From a virus, in the IMG/VR virus record IMGVR_UViG_3300036772_000294, positions 15,824 to 79,823 of that record: DNA of 64,000 bases; one strand, 5' to 3'. Below are positions 50,390 to 58,317 of the stretch, one piece after another (the stretch's first letter is position 1; the number at the start of each line of letters is the position of its first letter). A program made the position numbers and the translations under genes. The notes beneath the pieces were generated by a model. The model was not told the origin of the DNA and searched no databases. It worked only from the letters and a program-made list of their open reading frames with translations.

Positions 50390-50719
50390 TCAGTTAACTA
50401 CTTCCTGAAACTCATCGATTTCATCGCCCAGGCTGTTCCGGCCAAATTTATACGTAAAGATTCCTGTCTCTCCACTGGAAAGGTCATATTTCCCCTGGCA
50501 TACGAGCTGCTCAATACCGTGCGCTATGGTCTTCTGATCGTAAGCGTCAGTGGCTGATTCATCTTCTCCGTCGAATACGGAATTAAACGACTCCATGAGG
50601 TATCTGCGCGTGTCGACACTGTTGCAATCGACATCGGAGAAATCAATCTTCTGATAAGCAGATGCGGAAGCGCAGAGGGTAAGGGTGATAAACAGGCAAG
50701 CGCTTTTAAGCAGCTTCAT
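50390..50719 (-). CDS. small secreted/periplasmic protein, paralog A
   Basis: Signal peptide ending ASA; 2 Cys; similar to 51842..52192. Confidence 0.75.
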   Translation of the reverse strand: MKLLKSACLFITLTLCASASAYQKIDFSDVDCNSVDTRRYLMESFNSVFDGEDESATDAYDQKTIAHGIEQLVCQGKYDLSSGETGIFTYKFGRNSLGDEIDEFQEVVN

Positions 50720-51039
50720 GGCAATATCCTTATATTGAAAAGCCGTTCCATTGTAAGGTCTTACCACTTCTAAAAACTGGTGTTAGCCCACATTTTTCAT
50801 GTGGTACTTAGGTGCGCAAATAATAATTAATACATATGAAAGTAATACTTTCATATGTATTATCTTTTCTTACATAACGTCCCTGATGCCTGATGTGCTT
50901 TCATCCTGTTCTGTGCAAACCCAACATGACCACATTGACAGCATTAGACGGATACGAGGAGCATTCAATGTGCCTACATAGAATTTCTATCGCATACACT
51001 TCGAATGCTCCTTGCTGGTGAAGCAATTGAAAAAAAACC

Positions 51040-51459
51040 TTAAATGAATAGGTCTGGCCTGACTCCAAATCGTTCTGATAGCGCTTTTACGTGCGCGATG
51101 GTAAGCGACCGGTCACCGGCGAGAATCCGACATACCAGCGACTTAGAGCCAATCTCTTCCTTCAGGTCTGCATATGTTAGCTTATGTTGATCTATCAACA
51201 CTCTCAGTGCGGCAACGCCGGTCGGCATGTCTTCAATAGATTTATTAAATTCAGCAAATCTAGGGCTGGCCCTTTCGTACTCAGCAATTTTGACACTCAG
51301 AAAATCGATTAAGGGGTTGAGGTCATCGTTCTCAATGAGGTAATCAACCATATCCAGGGCATCCCTGTAATCTTTCTCAGTGCTGCTGCCCCCCAGAAGG
51401 GGGACTGCGTTAACTAACTGCCTGGTGGCCTCTAGTGCTTTAGTTGCTTCTCTAATCAT
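51040..51459 (-). CDS. higA: HigA (YgjM-type) antitoxin, orphan
   Basis: NPLIDFL..KI..YE...VA.LR.L.DQ..L...DL..EIGSKS.V..IL.G.R.LT. Confidence 0.88.
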   Translation of the reverse strand: MIREATKALEATRQLVNAVPLLGGSSTEKDYRDALDMVDYLIENDDLNPLIDFLSVKIAEYERASPRFAEFNKSIEDMPTGVAALRVLIDQHKLTYADLKEEIGSKSLVCRILAGDRSLTIAHVKALSERFGVRPDLFI

Positions 51460-51525
51460 TCGTTGTTCTCCCGGCGCTGCCTGGTGATCTTGTCATACTC
51501 TGCGTGGGTAACGATATCCTTCACA
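51456..51525 (-). pseudogene. C-terminal remnant of the cognate HigB toxin
   Basis: VKDIVTHAEYDKITRQRRENNE* overlaps the higA start (ATGA). Confidence 0.78.
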
Positions 51526-51597
51526 TGTGTGTAGACATAAAACCCCCGTTAAGCAAAGGCTACGGGGTTATTGTGATCATTTGAAGGGGAAAGGTAG

Positions 51598-51777
51598 CTA
51601 GTCCGGGTTGCTGAAATGCGCAGAGCGTAAAATGACCATTTCCTGTTTGCACAACATAGTTACTGCCACTCGAGCCCTCACTCTATTGCTCGTAAAGTAG
51701 CGTTTAACTTCCTGGCGCTTTGCGCCTGCCTTCAACATCTCCCGCCCACGAAGAGAGAGGCTATTGCAATTGGCCAT
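51598..51777 (-). CDS. small basic hypothetical protein
   Basis: AAGGA SD; followed by a hairpin. Confidence 0.55.
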   Translation of the reverse strand: MANCNSLSLRGREMLKAGAKRQEVKRYFTSNRVRARVAVTMLCKQEMVILRSAHFSNPD

Positions 51778-51841
51778 CTTGAAATCCTTCACAACTGCAT
51801 AAGTAATACTTACGACAATTCATACTTACGAAAACACATAC

Positions 51842-52192
51842 TTACCATTCAGAACTGATAACTTTCAGGTTCTTAAATGAGGTGATTGGTTCGCCAACAC
51901 TGTTGAGCTGGTATTCATACGTGTATTCAACTACTTGACTAGTTGAAAGCAGATATTTCCCCACACAGATGAACTTATCAACACCGCGCCCCAGCGTTTT
52001 CTGGTCATACGCATCAACCGCCCTGTACGCTTTGTCACGGAATACGTAATTAAAGCCTGCCATGAGCATTTTACGCGTCTGTATCTCGTTACAGTCCATA
52101 TTGCTGAAGTCCATTTGCTCAGCTGAGTGGGCTATGGAGGTCCCGGCAAGTAGCATCCCTAAGCCAAGAGACAGAGCCTTTAAACGATTCAT
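51842..52192 (-). CDS. small secreted/periplasmic protein, paralog B
   Basis: Signal peptide; DFS..DCN...TR..LM..FN.VF...DAYDQKT shared with paralog A. Confidence 0.75.
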   Translation of the reverse strand: MNRLKALSLGLGMLLAGTSIAHSAEQMDFSNMDCNEIQTRKMLMAGFNYVFRDKAYRAVDAYDQKTLGRGVDKFICVGKYLLSTSQVVEYTYEYQLNSVGEPITSFKNLKVISSEW

Positions 52193-52435
52193 AGAATTGC
52201 CTGAAAATGAGATTTATGCGCGCAAGTATAACGACTTAAGGAAAGGGGTAAATTGCCATATCTCATAAAATTTATGGGTCGGGGAGGGCGCCCACCTCAA
52301 TAAGTATTACTTACGCTTGTAATATGTTTGCATGTGCGCAATTTCGTACTTATGGGCTAACGCTGGTAGACGGCCCGGGATCGCAATCAACACCCTTCGC
52401 GTTTTTGTGTGTAAAATACCCCCTCTCCCAAATAA

Positions 52436-52517
52436 TGGTCGGCTGTACGGGGGAGCCATCAGGCTCGCCGGTTTGCTTGAGTGTCCGGTTGTTGCAACCT
52501 CGCACAGCTGACCACCA
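52436..52517 (+). ncRNA. C4-like antisense RNA copy 1 (a' loop UUGUUGCAA)
   Basis: Closing stem TGGTCGGCTGT/ACAGCTGACCA, GAGCC hairpin, CCGG-b'-CCGG, 3' CCA. Confidence 0.8.
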
Positions 52518-52523
52518 GCAATT

Positions 52524-52605
52524 ATGGCGGGAAGAGTAGGGGAGCTTAATCGCTCGCCGGTTTGCTTGAGTTTCAGGTAGTCTCAACCCTTCTTTTCCTG
52601 CCACC
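52524..52605 (+). ncRNA. C4-like antisense RNA copy 2 (a' loop UAGUCUCAA)
   Basis: Closing stem TGGCGGGAAGAG/CTTTTCCTGCCA with compensatory changes, GAGC hairpin, CCGG-b'-CAGG. Confidence 0.75.
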
Positions 52606-52770
52606 CTCTTAAAATCCATACACATTGTATTGACGACACATTGTCTGAAACTGTATGGTTTAAATGCTGCCGCAAAATCGGTGGTCGGGTTTCGCACCCC
52701 GTGACCTATTCAAGCGCATAAACCGCGCCAGCGGTTTTTTTATGTGTAAAATACAGCTACACCCAAATTA

Positions 52771-52850
52771 TGGTGGGCTGGATGGGGCAACCGAAAGGTT
52801 GGCCGGGTCTTGAGTAGCCGGTAGTGCGAACCCTGTTCAGCTCACCACCA
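52771..52850 (+). ncRNA. c4: cognate C4 antisense RNA (immI)
   Basis: Cloverleaf-like fold; a' GTGCGAA matches TTCGCAC near 52690 and 52859; b' TCTTGAGTAG matches CTACTCAAGA 52889-52898. Confidence 0.88.
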
Positions 52851-52909
52851 GTCTGAGTTTCGCACCTCTTTGGTGGTGATAATATTCACTACTCAAGAGG
52901 CTGCCATTC

Positions 52910-53209
52910 ATGGCTACTACCCCTGCTGTTCTTCACCTCAAAGAAACATCGATGTTAGCCGTGCTTTTGTCCGGTATACAGCCAGAAACCGCGCTGTATT
53001 TCGCTGAGCAAGGCCGCTATGAAGTCGATGACCTGACGACCGAACCCAATACACCTTCCCTGGACGATCCCGCTTATCCGGCTTTCATAACGGAGCATTT
53101 GCTACGTCTGTTGCCTGGCGAAGTTGCGGAAGCGACCGATGACCAGCTCCGCCTGCATAACGAGATTATGCTGCTGGTGGCCGTTCATAGTGGATGGTGG
53201 GCAAACTAA
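52910..53209 (+). CDS. icd: Icd-like protein (first gene of the C4-controlled operon)
   Basis: MATTP N-terminus; SD overlaps the b2 target. Confidence 0.6.
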   Translation: MATTPAVLHLKETSMLAVLLSGIQPETALYFAEQGRYEVDDLTTEPNTPSLDDPAYPAFITEHLLRLLPGEVAEATDDQLRLHNEIMLLVAVHSGWWAN

Positions 53210-53617
53210 ATGAACGATGTTTCGGACGAGCATATTGAGGCCTGGCTGGACAGCATCGATGTATCGCGCAGGCTTAAGCGCTTTACGACGTATGCAGGTT
53301 TAATCCGGGCCATGCTGTGCTTTTTCGATAGCCATGGGGCACTACAATTCGGGACATCAAGTCTTTCGGGGTACGGGTATTCCCGGCAGCGGGTACACAA
53401 TTACTTTGCCAATGCGGAGGAAATAATACTGGTAACGGCTGCGTGCTTACGTAGTTCCGGCACAAGGAACCAAAGTTATCAGGACATCATTGCGCTGAGC
53501 GAAAACCTTCAGCGCAATGAACCTGGGAGACGACTTAGATTCCTGCTCAGCTACCCAAAAGCATGTACAGATTATGTTCAAATCAGACGGGATGCGGTGA
53601 CACACTGTCTCAACTAA
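53210..53617 (+). CDS. TetR-like-HTH protein in the antirepressor position
   Basis: Coupled to icd; GYSRQRVHNYFANAEEII; paralog of 32918..33298. Confidence 0.72.
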   Translation: MNDVSDEHIEAWLDSIDVSRRLKRFTTYAGLIRAMLCFFDSHGALQFGTSSLSGYGYSRQRVHNYFANAEEIILVTAACLRSSGTRNQSYQDIIALSENLQRNEPGRRLRFLLSYPKACTDYVQIRRDAVTHCLN

Positions 53618-53620
53618 CGC

Positions 53621-53643
53621 TTATCCTAAACTTGTAATTTATT
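53621..53643 (+). promoter_or_regulatory. 23-bp operator motif upstream of repL (Op53 equivalent)
   Basis: TTATCCTAAACTTGTAATTTATT. Confidence 0.78.
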
Positions 53644-53907
53644 ACAGTATTGATCATGTGAATGATCACACGTAGGATCATCTGCACGAAAACGACGCGC
53701 TTGCGCCCTTAAACAACGAAAAAAGCCACCCGGAAGGTGGCCTTAATCGGAGACAGAACATGTAAACATGAACAGCTTCACGGTGTGTTTTGTTCACAGC
53801 AAAAACACCGAAATTGTTGCGACTATTTTCCGAAGGAGGATTTAGTCATTGATGCCAGATTCCATAGGAATGATGGACCAATTTCCTATTACCAAAAAGG
53901 ATAGGAC

Positions 53908-54855
53908 GTGCATATTATCGCCAAAAATAATCCGTTTATCAAGAAGAACGGACACATAACCAGCAACGGATTTGAAGAAATATTTCGCCAGCTGCCGCCC
54001 TCGATTCTTGCCCGGTCTGCTCGCTCGCTGATGCTTAGCCTGGCCGATACCTTTGCCTGGAATTCTGACCACAAAATCTGGTTCTCACTCGATACGATTG
54101 CTCAGAAGGGGGCTTGTAGCCGCTCAACGGCGCGCCGAAATCTCGACCTGGCGATTCGTAGCGGCGTGCTAACCCGTACCGAAGTGCGTAAAGAGAACAA
54201 CGCACAGAGCACAAACGAGTACCAGTTAACGCCAGAATTTATTGGGATGGCCAGAGCTATCTGTCTGGAGTTAGCCAAAGGAATTAAGTCTGCAGCTCTC
54301 ACAGCAAAACTTGCGCCTGAGTTCGAGAAGTTCATGCTGTCGCTGCGCTCAGGCATTAAATCGGGTGTCCGAATCGTGGACGTCATTATGAAGAAAAAAG
54401 CCATACGAAACGGCAATTTACCTGATAAAGGGGGGTGTCAAAATGCCACGGAGGGGGGGTGTCAAATTGATACCCAATACCTTGAAGTTCTCTTTGATGC
54501 CCAGAAGATTAAAAGATCCGTTGCCAGCGCTCCCGCTGCCATCCGGTCAGGGTTAAAACTTTTCAAAGAGGCCAAAGCCGAGCGCGCATCAACGAAAGCG
54601 AAAGACCGCGCCGAAGTGCTGGGCGAGCGTCAAAAGAAAAAGGCTGGTCTACTGAAATACTTCAGGGGGAAGCCGGTCGTTACACCAGCGTTCAACTCCA
54701 GACGGCTAACGTCAGAGGGTGAGCTTGCGGATCAGCGGTTTGATGAAGCGCGCAATGCGCACCTGGCGGCCCTGGCAAAGGGGCACGGTGACGCCGGCAA
54801 AGCTGCTATCCTAAAACACTTCGGTCGCAAGTGTGCGGCCGCAGTAAATTCGTGA
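53908..54855 (+). CDS. repL: lytic replication initiator RepL-like
   Basis: wHTH (SLDTIA....CSRSTARR..D.....G.L), NEY.L motif, internal GGGGGGTGTCAAA direct repeats near 54430-54466; P1 position after immI. Confidence 0.72.
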   Translation: MHIIAKNNPFIKKNGHITSNGFEEIFRQLPPSILARSARSLMLSLADTFAWNSDHKIWFSLDTIAQKGACSRSTARRNLDLAIRSGVLTRTEVRKENNAQSTNEYQLTPEFIGMARAICLELAKGIKSAALTAKLAPEFEKFMLSLRSGIKSGVRIVDVIMKKKAIRNGNLPDKGGCQNATEGGCQIDTQYLEVLFDAQKIKRSVASAPAAIRSGLKLFKEAKAERASTKAKDRAEVLGERQKKKAGLLKYFRGKPVVTPAFNSRRLTSEGELADQRFDEARNAHLAALAKGHGDAGKAAILKHFGRKCAAAVNS

Positions 54856-55162
54856 GGTAGGTATGTTCGACGCGTTTTCTCCATTTGAGTTAATGGGTAT
54901 TGGTTTCGCTCTCGGTGTAGCATTCACATTTGCTTCATTCAGGCTGGCAGGCTCGCTAAACCGGGCTGCCGGCCGCAATGAAGAAAAAGATAGCTTCTCC
55001 AGAAAGAACCGTTAGCTGAAAGTTCGACACGGTATCGTGTGTTGATATACGCGTTTCCAAACAGAAGAATAAAAACATAAAATTTTTAATAACCGGCTAT
55101 TGCTAACCCGTCCAAATGGTCGTAGTGTCCCGTCGACTCCTGTTGTGAATCTGAGGGACCAA

Positions 55163-55453
55163 ATGCAAAAAAAACCAGCTCCAGCGCTAGTTAAGGCCGT
55201 TCGCCTACATGCCGGATTTACTGCCGAAAGCTGCTCAAAAGTTATGGGTTATACCCTGCGCGCATGGCAGCGAAAAGAAGACTCAGGGAAGGAAGGACGA
55301 TCTCTTTCAGTAGGGGAATTTAAGTACCTCCAGCTGCTCGCCGGTGTACATCCTGAATACATCCTTACTCCACGCGATCCTGAAGAAGCAAGGCGCTACA
55401 AAGAGGCGGAGGCCGCAAGTGATGCTGATGCTTCGTCTACTGATCAAGTTTGA
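55163..55453 (+). CDS. XRE-like HTH regulator
   Basis: VKAVR..AG.T...CS..MG.TLRAWQ.KE. Confidence 0.7.
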   Translation: MQKKPAPALVKAVRLHAGFTAESCSKVMGYTLRAWQRKEDSGKEGRSLSVGEFKYLQLLAGVHPEYILTPRDPEEARRYKEAEAASDADASSTDQV

Positions 55454-55465
55454 AGATTTCCATCC

Positions 55466-55802
55466 ATCCACTGTAATGAGTAGCAACCACTATAAAGAGT
55501 AAAATCCACTGTAGTGAGCAATAACCACTATAGTGAGCAAGTAACTACCTGACAATTGTTAGTGAACACTAACGTTAGTAATTATGCGCCATGCGAGGTT
55601 AGTAACCACCAGGGCGGGATGAAGTAACCACTGTAATGAGCATCGTGTTTGTCAAAACACAAACACAACCACTGTGCAGAGTAGATCCACTCATTACAGT
55701 GGTTGCTGGGCTCTTTTAGGTAGGATGTTTACTGACTACAGTGGTTGTAACTCTTCGCAGTGGATAGGCGCTCATTACAGTGGTTAGCTCTTTATAGCGG
55801 TT
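55466..55802. repeat. incA-like copy-control iterons (about 11 copies of A(A/T)CCACT(G/A)TARTGAG(C/T), both orientations)
   Basis: Read directly downstream of repA. Confidence 0.9.
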
Positions 55803-56811
55803 ACTTTTTGCTGCCGCGCATGCTCTCCAGCAGCGCTAATTCTTGTTTCGTCAGCTCTGCAACGACCTTTTCTTCATGCTCTTCTGGCGGCAAATCATCT
55901 TCAGGTAGATCTGGTAAGCCGGCGGGGATGTGGGCAGGACGAAGCTTCGGCCTTCTATAGTGGATATGGAAGTAAACGGCTCTGCCGCGCTGATATTCCG
56001 TATAGTCCAGATAACCAATTTCTTTAAGCTGTCCCATGGCCTTACGAACAGTTGCGTTCTGCGTAATTGCTCTGGACGTCAAATTTAAGCGCGCTCTGAG
56101 CCGCGACATCGAGATAGGCTTGATATCCTGGGGCAAACTCTCGATGTACGTGTAAAGCGCCTGTGCGCTCTCCTTGCGGGCTAATTCATTGATTGCTCTG
56201 AGCTGAAGAAGCACCTTCCTGTCGAACTGGTAAAGTTCGAAAAGCTTAGGATCGGCCTGGAGGATCACAACGTCCTTTTTCATGTCAAAGTAAGCAGACT
56301 GCACCAGGTGCGTATGATAAGCCTTGTCCTTACTGGTGAAAGAAAGGGTATTGGTGGCTATCCGCTGTAGTGAGGAGTCAATACGCTTACGCAGAGCGGC
56401 TGAGGAGCGGCTTGAAGGGATGCCGCAGAGCTTAGTGAACTCTACAAACGGCAGCGTTACCTTGTCACCTATCACTTTGAATTTAGTGAAAGCATGGATG
56501 ATGCCTACCCAGGTCTTAAAGTCATTATCCATGTCCAGACGTGCGCCGGTTATCTGGATATTCTCAAATCCCTCTGAAGTTACGAGACTGAGTTGCTTCA
56601 ATTCTGTCGTGGCGTCCATTGTCGCCATCTGCCCCTTTCTGCCGCGCGCTGTGGATTTCAACGTTGGGACAAAGAGCCCGAGACGCATCAGAGCCACCGG
56701 CTGCACTGTGTTATTGCTGTTAGGAACCAGGTTAACAACTTCACCGGTCCCTTTGTTAACCTCAGTGAAAGCCGCTGTTATCTCTTTGATAGTTTCGTCT
56801 TTTTCAGTCAT
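55801..56811 (-). CDS. repA: plasmid replication initiator RepA (P1/RepFIB family)
   Basis: [44 protein letters not shown]. Confidence 0.95.
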   Translation of the reverse strand: MTEKDETIKEITAAFTEVNKGTGEVVNLVPNSNNTVQPVALMRLGLFVPTLKSTARGRKGQMATMDATTELKQLSLVTSEGFENIQITGARLDMDNDFKTWVGIIHAFTKFKVIGDKVTLPFVEFTKLCGIPSSRSSAALRKRIDSSLQRIATNTLSFTSKDKAYHTHLVQSAYFDMKKDVVILQADPKLFELYQFDRKVLLQLRAINELARKESAQALYTYIESLPQDIKPISMSRLRARLNLTSRAITQNATVRKAMGQLKEIGYLDYTEYQRGRAVYFHIHYRRPKLRPAHIPAGLPDLPEDDLPPEEHEEKVVAELTKQELALLESMRGSKK

Positions 56812-56851
56812 TGAAGGGTTCCGGTCTTTTCCACAGCCAAAGGCATCATTT

Positions 56852-57065
56852 ACTAACTGTAGTGGATAGTATCACTCACTGTAGCGGTTATTATACCCCT
56901 CATAGTGGTTGATTTACTGTTTATAGTGGATGATTTACTTATTACAGTGGATAACGATCCCCCATGAGGCCTTGATACAAGCGGGCTACAGCGATCCGGT
57001 GATCTCTTTTGGCCTTTATTGGGCATATGTGATCTTATTATTGGATCTACTCGGTGGATAAGTTT
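56852..57065. other. oriR-like unit A: 5 iterons + GC spacer + GATC region
   Basis: Iterons about 21 bp apart (56852-56952) followed by GATC repeats and a GGTGGATAA DnaA-like box. Confidence 0.8.
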
Positions 57066-57106
57066 AAAAATTAAAGGGTTATTGAGCCTTACTCTACAGA
57101 TCGTTG

Positions 57107-57356
57107 TTATCCACACTGCAATCAACAAAAACTCACTATAGTGGTTAACCTCTGCTGCATATAGTGGTTGCAATGCCCCTTATAGTGGATAGAAAGCTCT
57201 CTATAGTGGATGCTGTACTCATTACAGTGGATAGGAGCAGACGCTAAGGCCTTGGGGCACTAGGGCTGAAACGAACCGGTGATCTCTCTTTGATCTTTGT
57301 GGTGATCATCTATTGATCTAATTATTAGATCTACACGGTGGATATGTTGATAACCA
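57107..57356. other. oriR-like unit B: DnaA box + 5 iterons + GC spacer + 5 GATC + DnaA-like boxes
   Basis: TTATCCACA 57107-57115; iterons 57131-57232; GATC x5 57281-57331. Confidence 0.85.
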
Positions 57357-57373
57357 ATTGAGAAAATGACGTT

Positions 57374-57694
57374 TTGTCCGGGATGTTGCTCATGTATGAC
57401 CGTGTTTTAAATAATTGCATGTTCGATCAATACAACAATCACTGTAACGCACAGCAAAACTACCCATGCGAAGCCTTTATCAAGGATGGGACCATGACAG
57501 TGAGCTATAAACATTGGAAAAACGGCAAACAGTATGTCTACAGAGGCATCAAGACAGAAGCAGGATACTGGGACCTGAAAACGAAGTCAGATCCCGACGC
57601 GTGGGCTACGCTACACGAAGACCTGCCAGGCTCATTCACAGGCCGCTGGCATGACGGGAATGAATTCGGGGCCTGGGTGCTGAAATACGAATAA
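57374..57694 (+). CDS. hypothetical protein
   Basis: Trp/Gly-rich ORF; start uncertain. Confidence 0.55.
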   Translation: MSGMLLMYDRVLNNCMFDQYNNHCNAQQNYPCEAFIKDGTMTVSYKHWKNGKQYVYRGIKTEAGYWDLKTKSDPDAWATLHEDLPGSFTGRWHDGNEFGAWVLKYE

Positions 57695-57724
57695 AAAAAG
57701 CCGCCCCGTAGGGCGGCTCTCTCG

Positions 57725-57844
57725 CTACTTGCCTGAGACGTTGATCGTCACATTCAGCGAATTGTGAGTGAATTTCCACCCTTCGCCAGATGTAGAGAAC
57801 AAGGCCCCAGAAACAACGAGCAATACACATAGGTATTGTTTCAT
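57725..57844 (-). CDS. timP: TimP-like type I toxin MKQYLCVLLVVSGALFSTSGEGWKFTHNSLNVTINVSGK
   Basis: 39 aa; C-V-x-x-x-VSG-x-L and NS-x-x-VT-x-NV match recalled Salmonella TimP; terminator follows the stop. Confidence 0.72.
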   Translation of the reverse strand: MKQYLCVLLVVSGALFSTSGEGWKFTHNSLNVTINVSGK

Positions 57845-58199
57845 TGGAACGGTTCTTATTAGAAAACCGCTGTTTTACTGCTACCACCGGCGATAGAAAT
57901 AAAACTACAAGCACTCGTACGTGCCTGCGTGTACGGCATTAGAAAATCCTTTTCAGAAACCGGTGCCTGTGTGCGAGACAGCGAAAAGGTCCTCAGTTGT
58001 CATGATACCCGATAAATAATACGTTGTATGGTAAGGTATTTAGAAGATAGGCGGGTGTCTAAGTTGTGTCATAATTTGCTAGCAAAAAACAAGAAAAGAC
58101 TGTATGAATAACCAGTTTGTAAAAAGTGATGCCAGCAAAAAAACCACAAGCTGTGGTGAAACCTTTTGACAGAACTCTCTTGACGGGTAAAATTAAACT

Positions 58200-58304
58200 T
58201 ACTCGTACGTGCTTGCGTAAGTTATATCCGTATAACTGACGAAAAGCTGGAAAGACCGCGAATCTGACCAGCACAAAGAAACCGCCTATTCCGGCGGTTT
58301 TTTT
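58200..58304 (+). ncRNA. TimR-like antitoxin sRNA
   Basis: TTGACA-16-TAAAAT promoter; 5' 18 nt match 57913-57930 (17/18); terminator 58279-58304. Confidence 0.72.
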
Positions 58305-58317
58305 GTTTACGACATAG

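Larger units (their letters stand above)
45971..52312. repeat. about 9 dispersed AAGTA(A/T)TACTT palindromic sites (putative centromere/RHH operators)
   Basis: Copies at about 45974, 46031, 47452, 48555, 49583, 50369, 50840, 51801, 52302. Confidence 0.75.

Noticed and set aside
52324-52697. ORFs 52324..52539 and 52350..52697 (ash-like)
   Set aside because: They overlap structured C4 RNAs; conservation is better explained at the RNA level.
52436-52850. tRNA genes (cloverleaf-like folds ending CCA)
   Set aside because: No TTC T-loop or D-loop consensus; fold and context match C4 antisense RNA.
53632-53647. LexA box upstream of repL (TTGT-N8-ACAG)
   Set aside because: Lacks the invariant CTG; overlaps and is better explained by the 23-bp operator.
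55466-57232. Repeated CCACT.TA.TGAG units as a CRISPR array
   Set aside because: About 16-bp degenerate units with very short spacers, in both orientations, flanking repA, with no cas genes: these are iterons.
57636-58274. ORFs 57636..57914 and 58059..58274
   Set aside because: They overlap the timP-like gene, its leader and the sRNA promoter in other frames; likely spurious.
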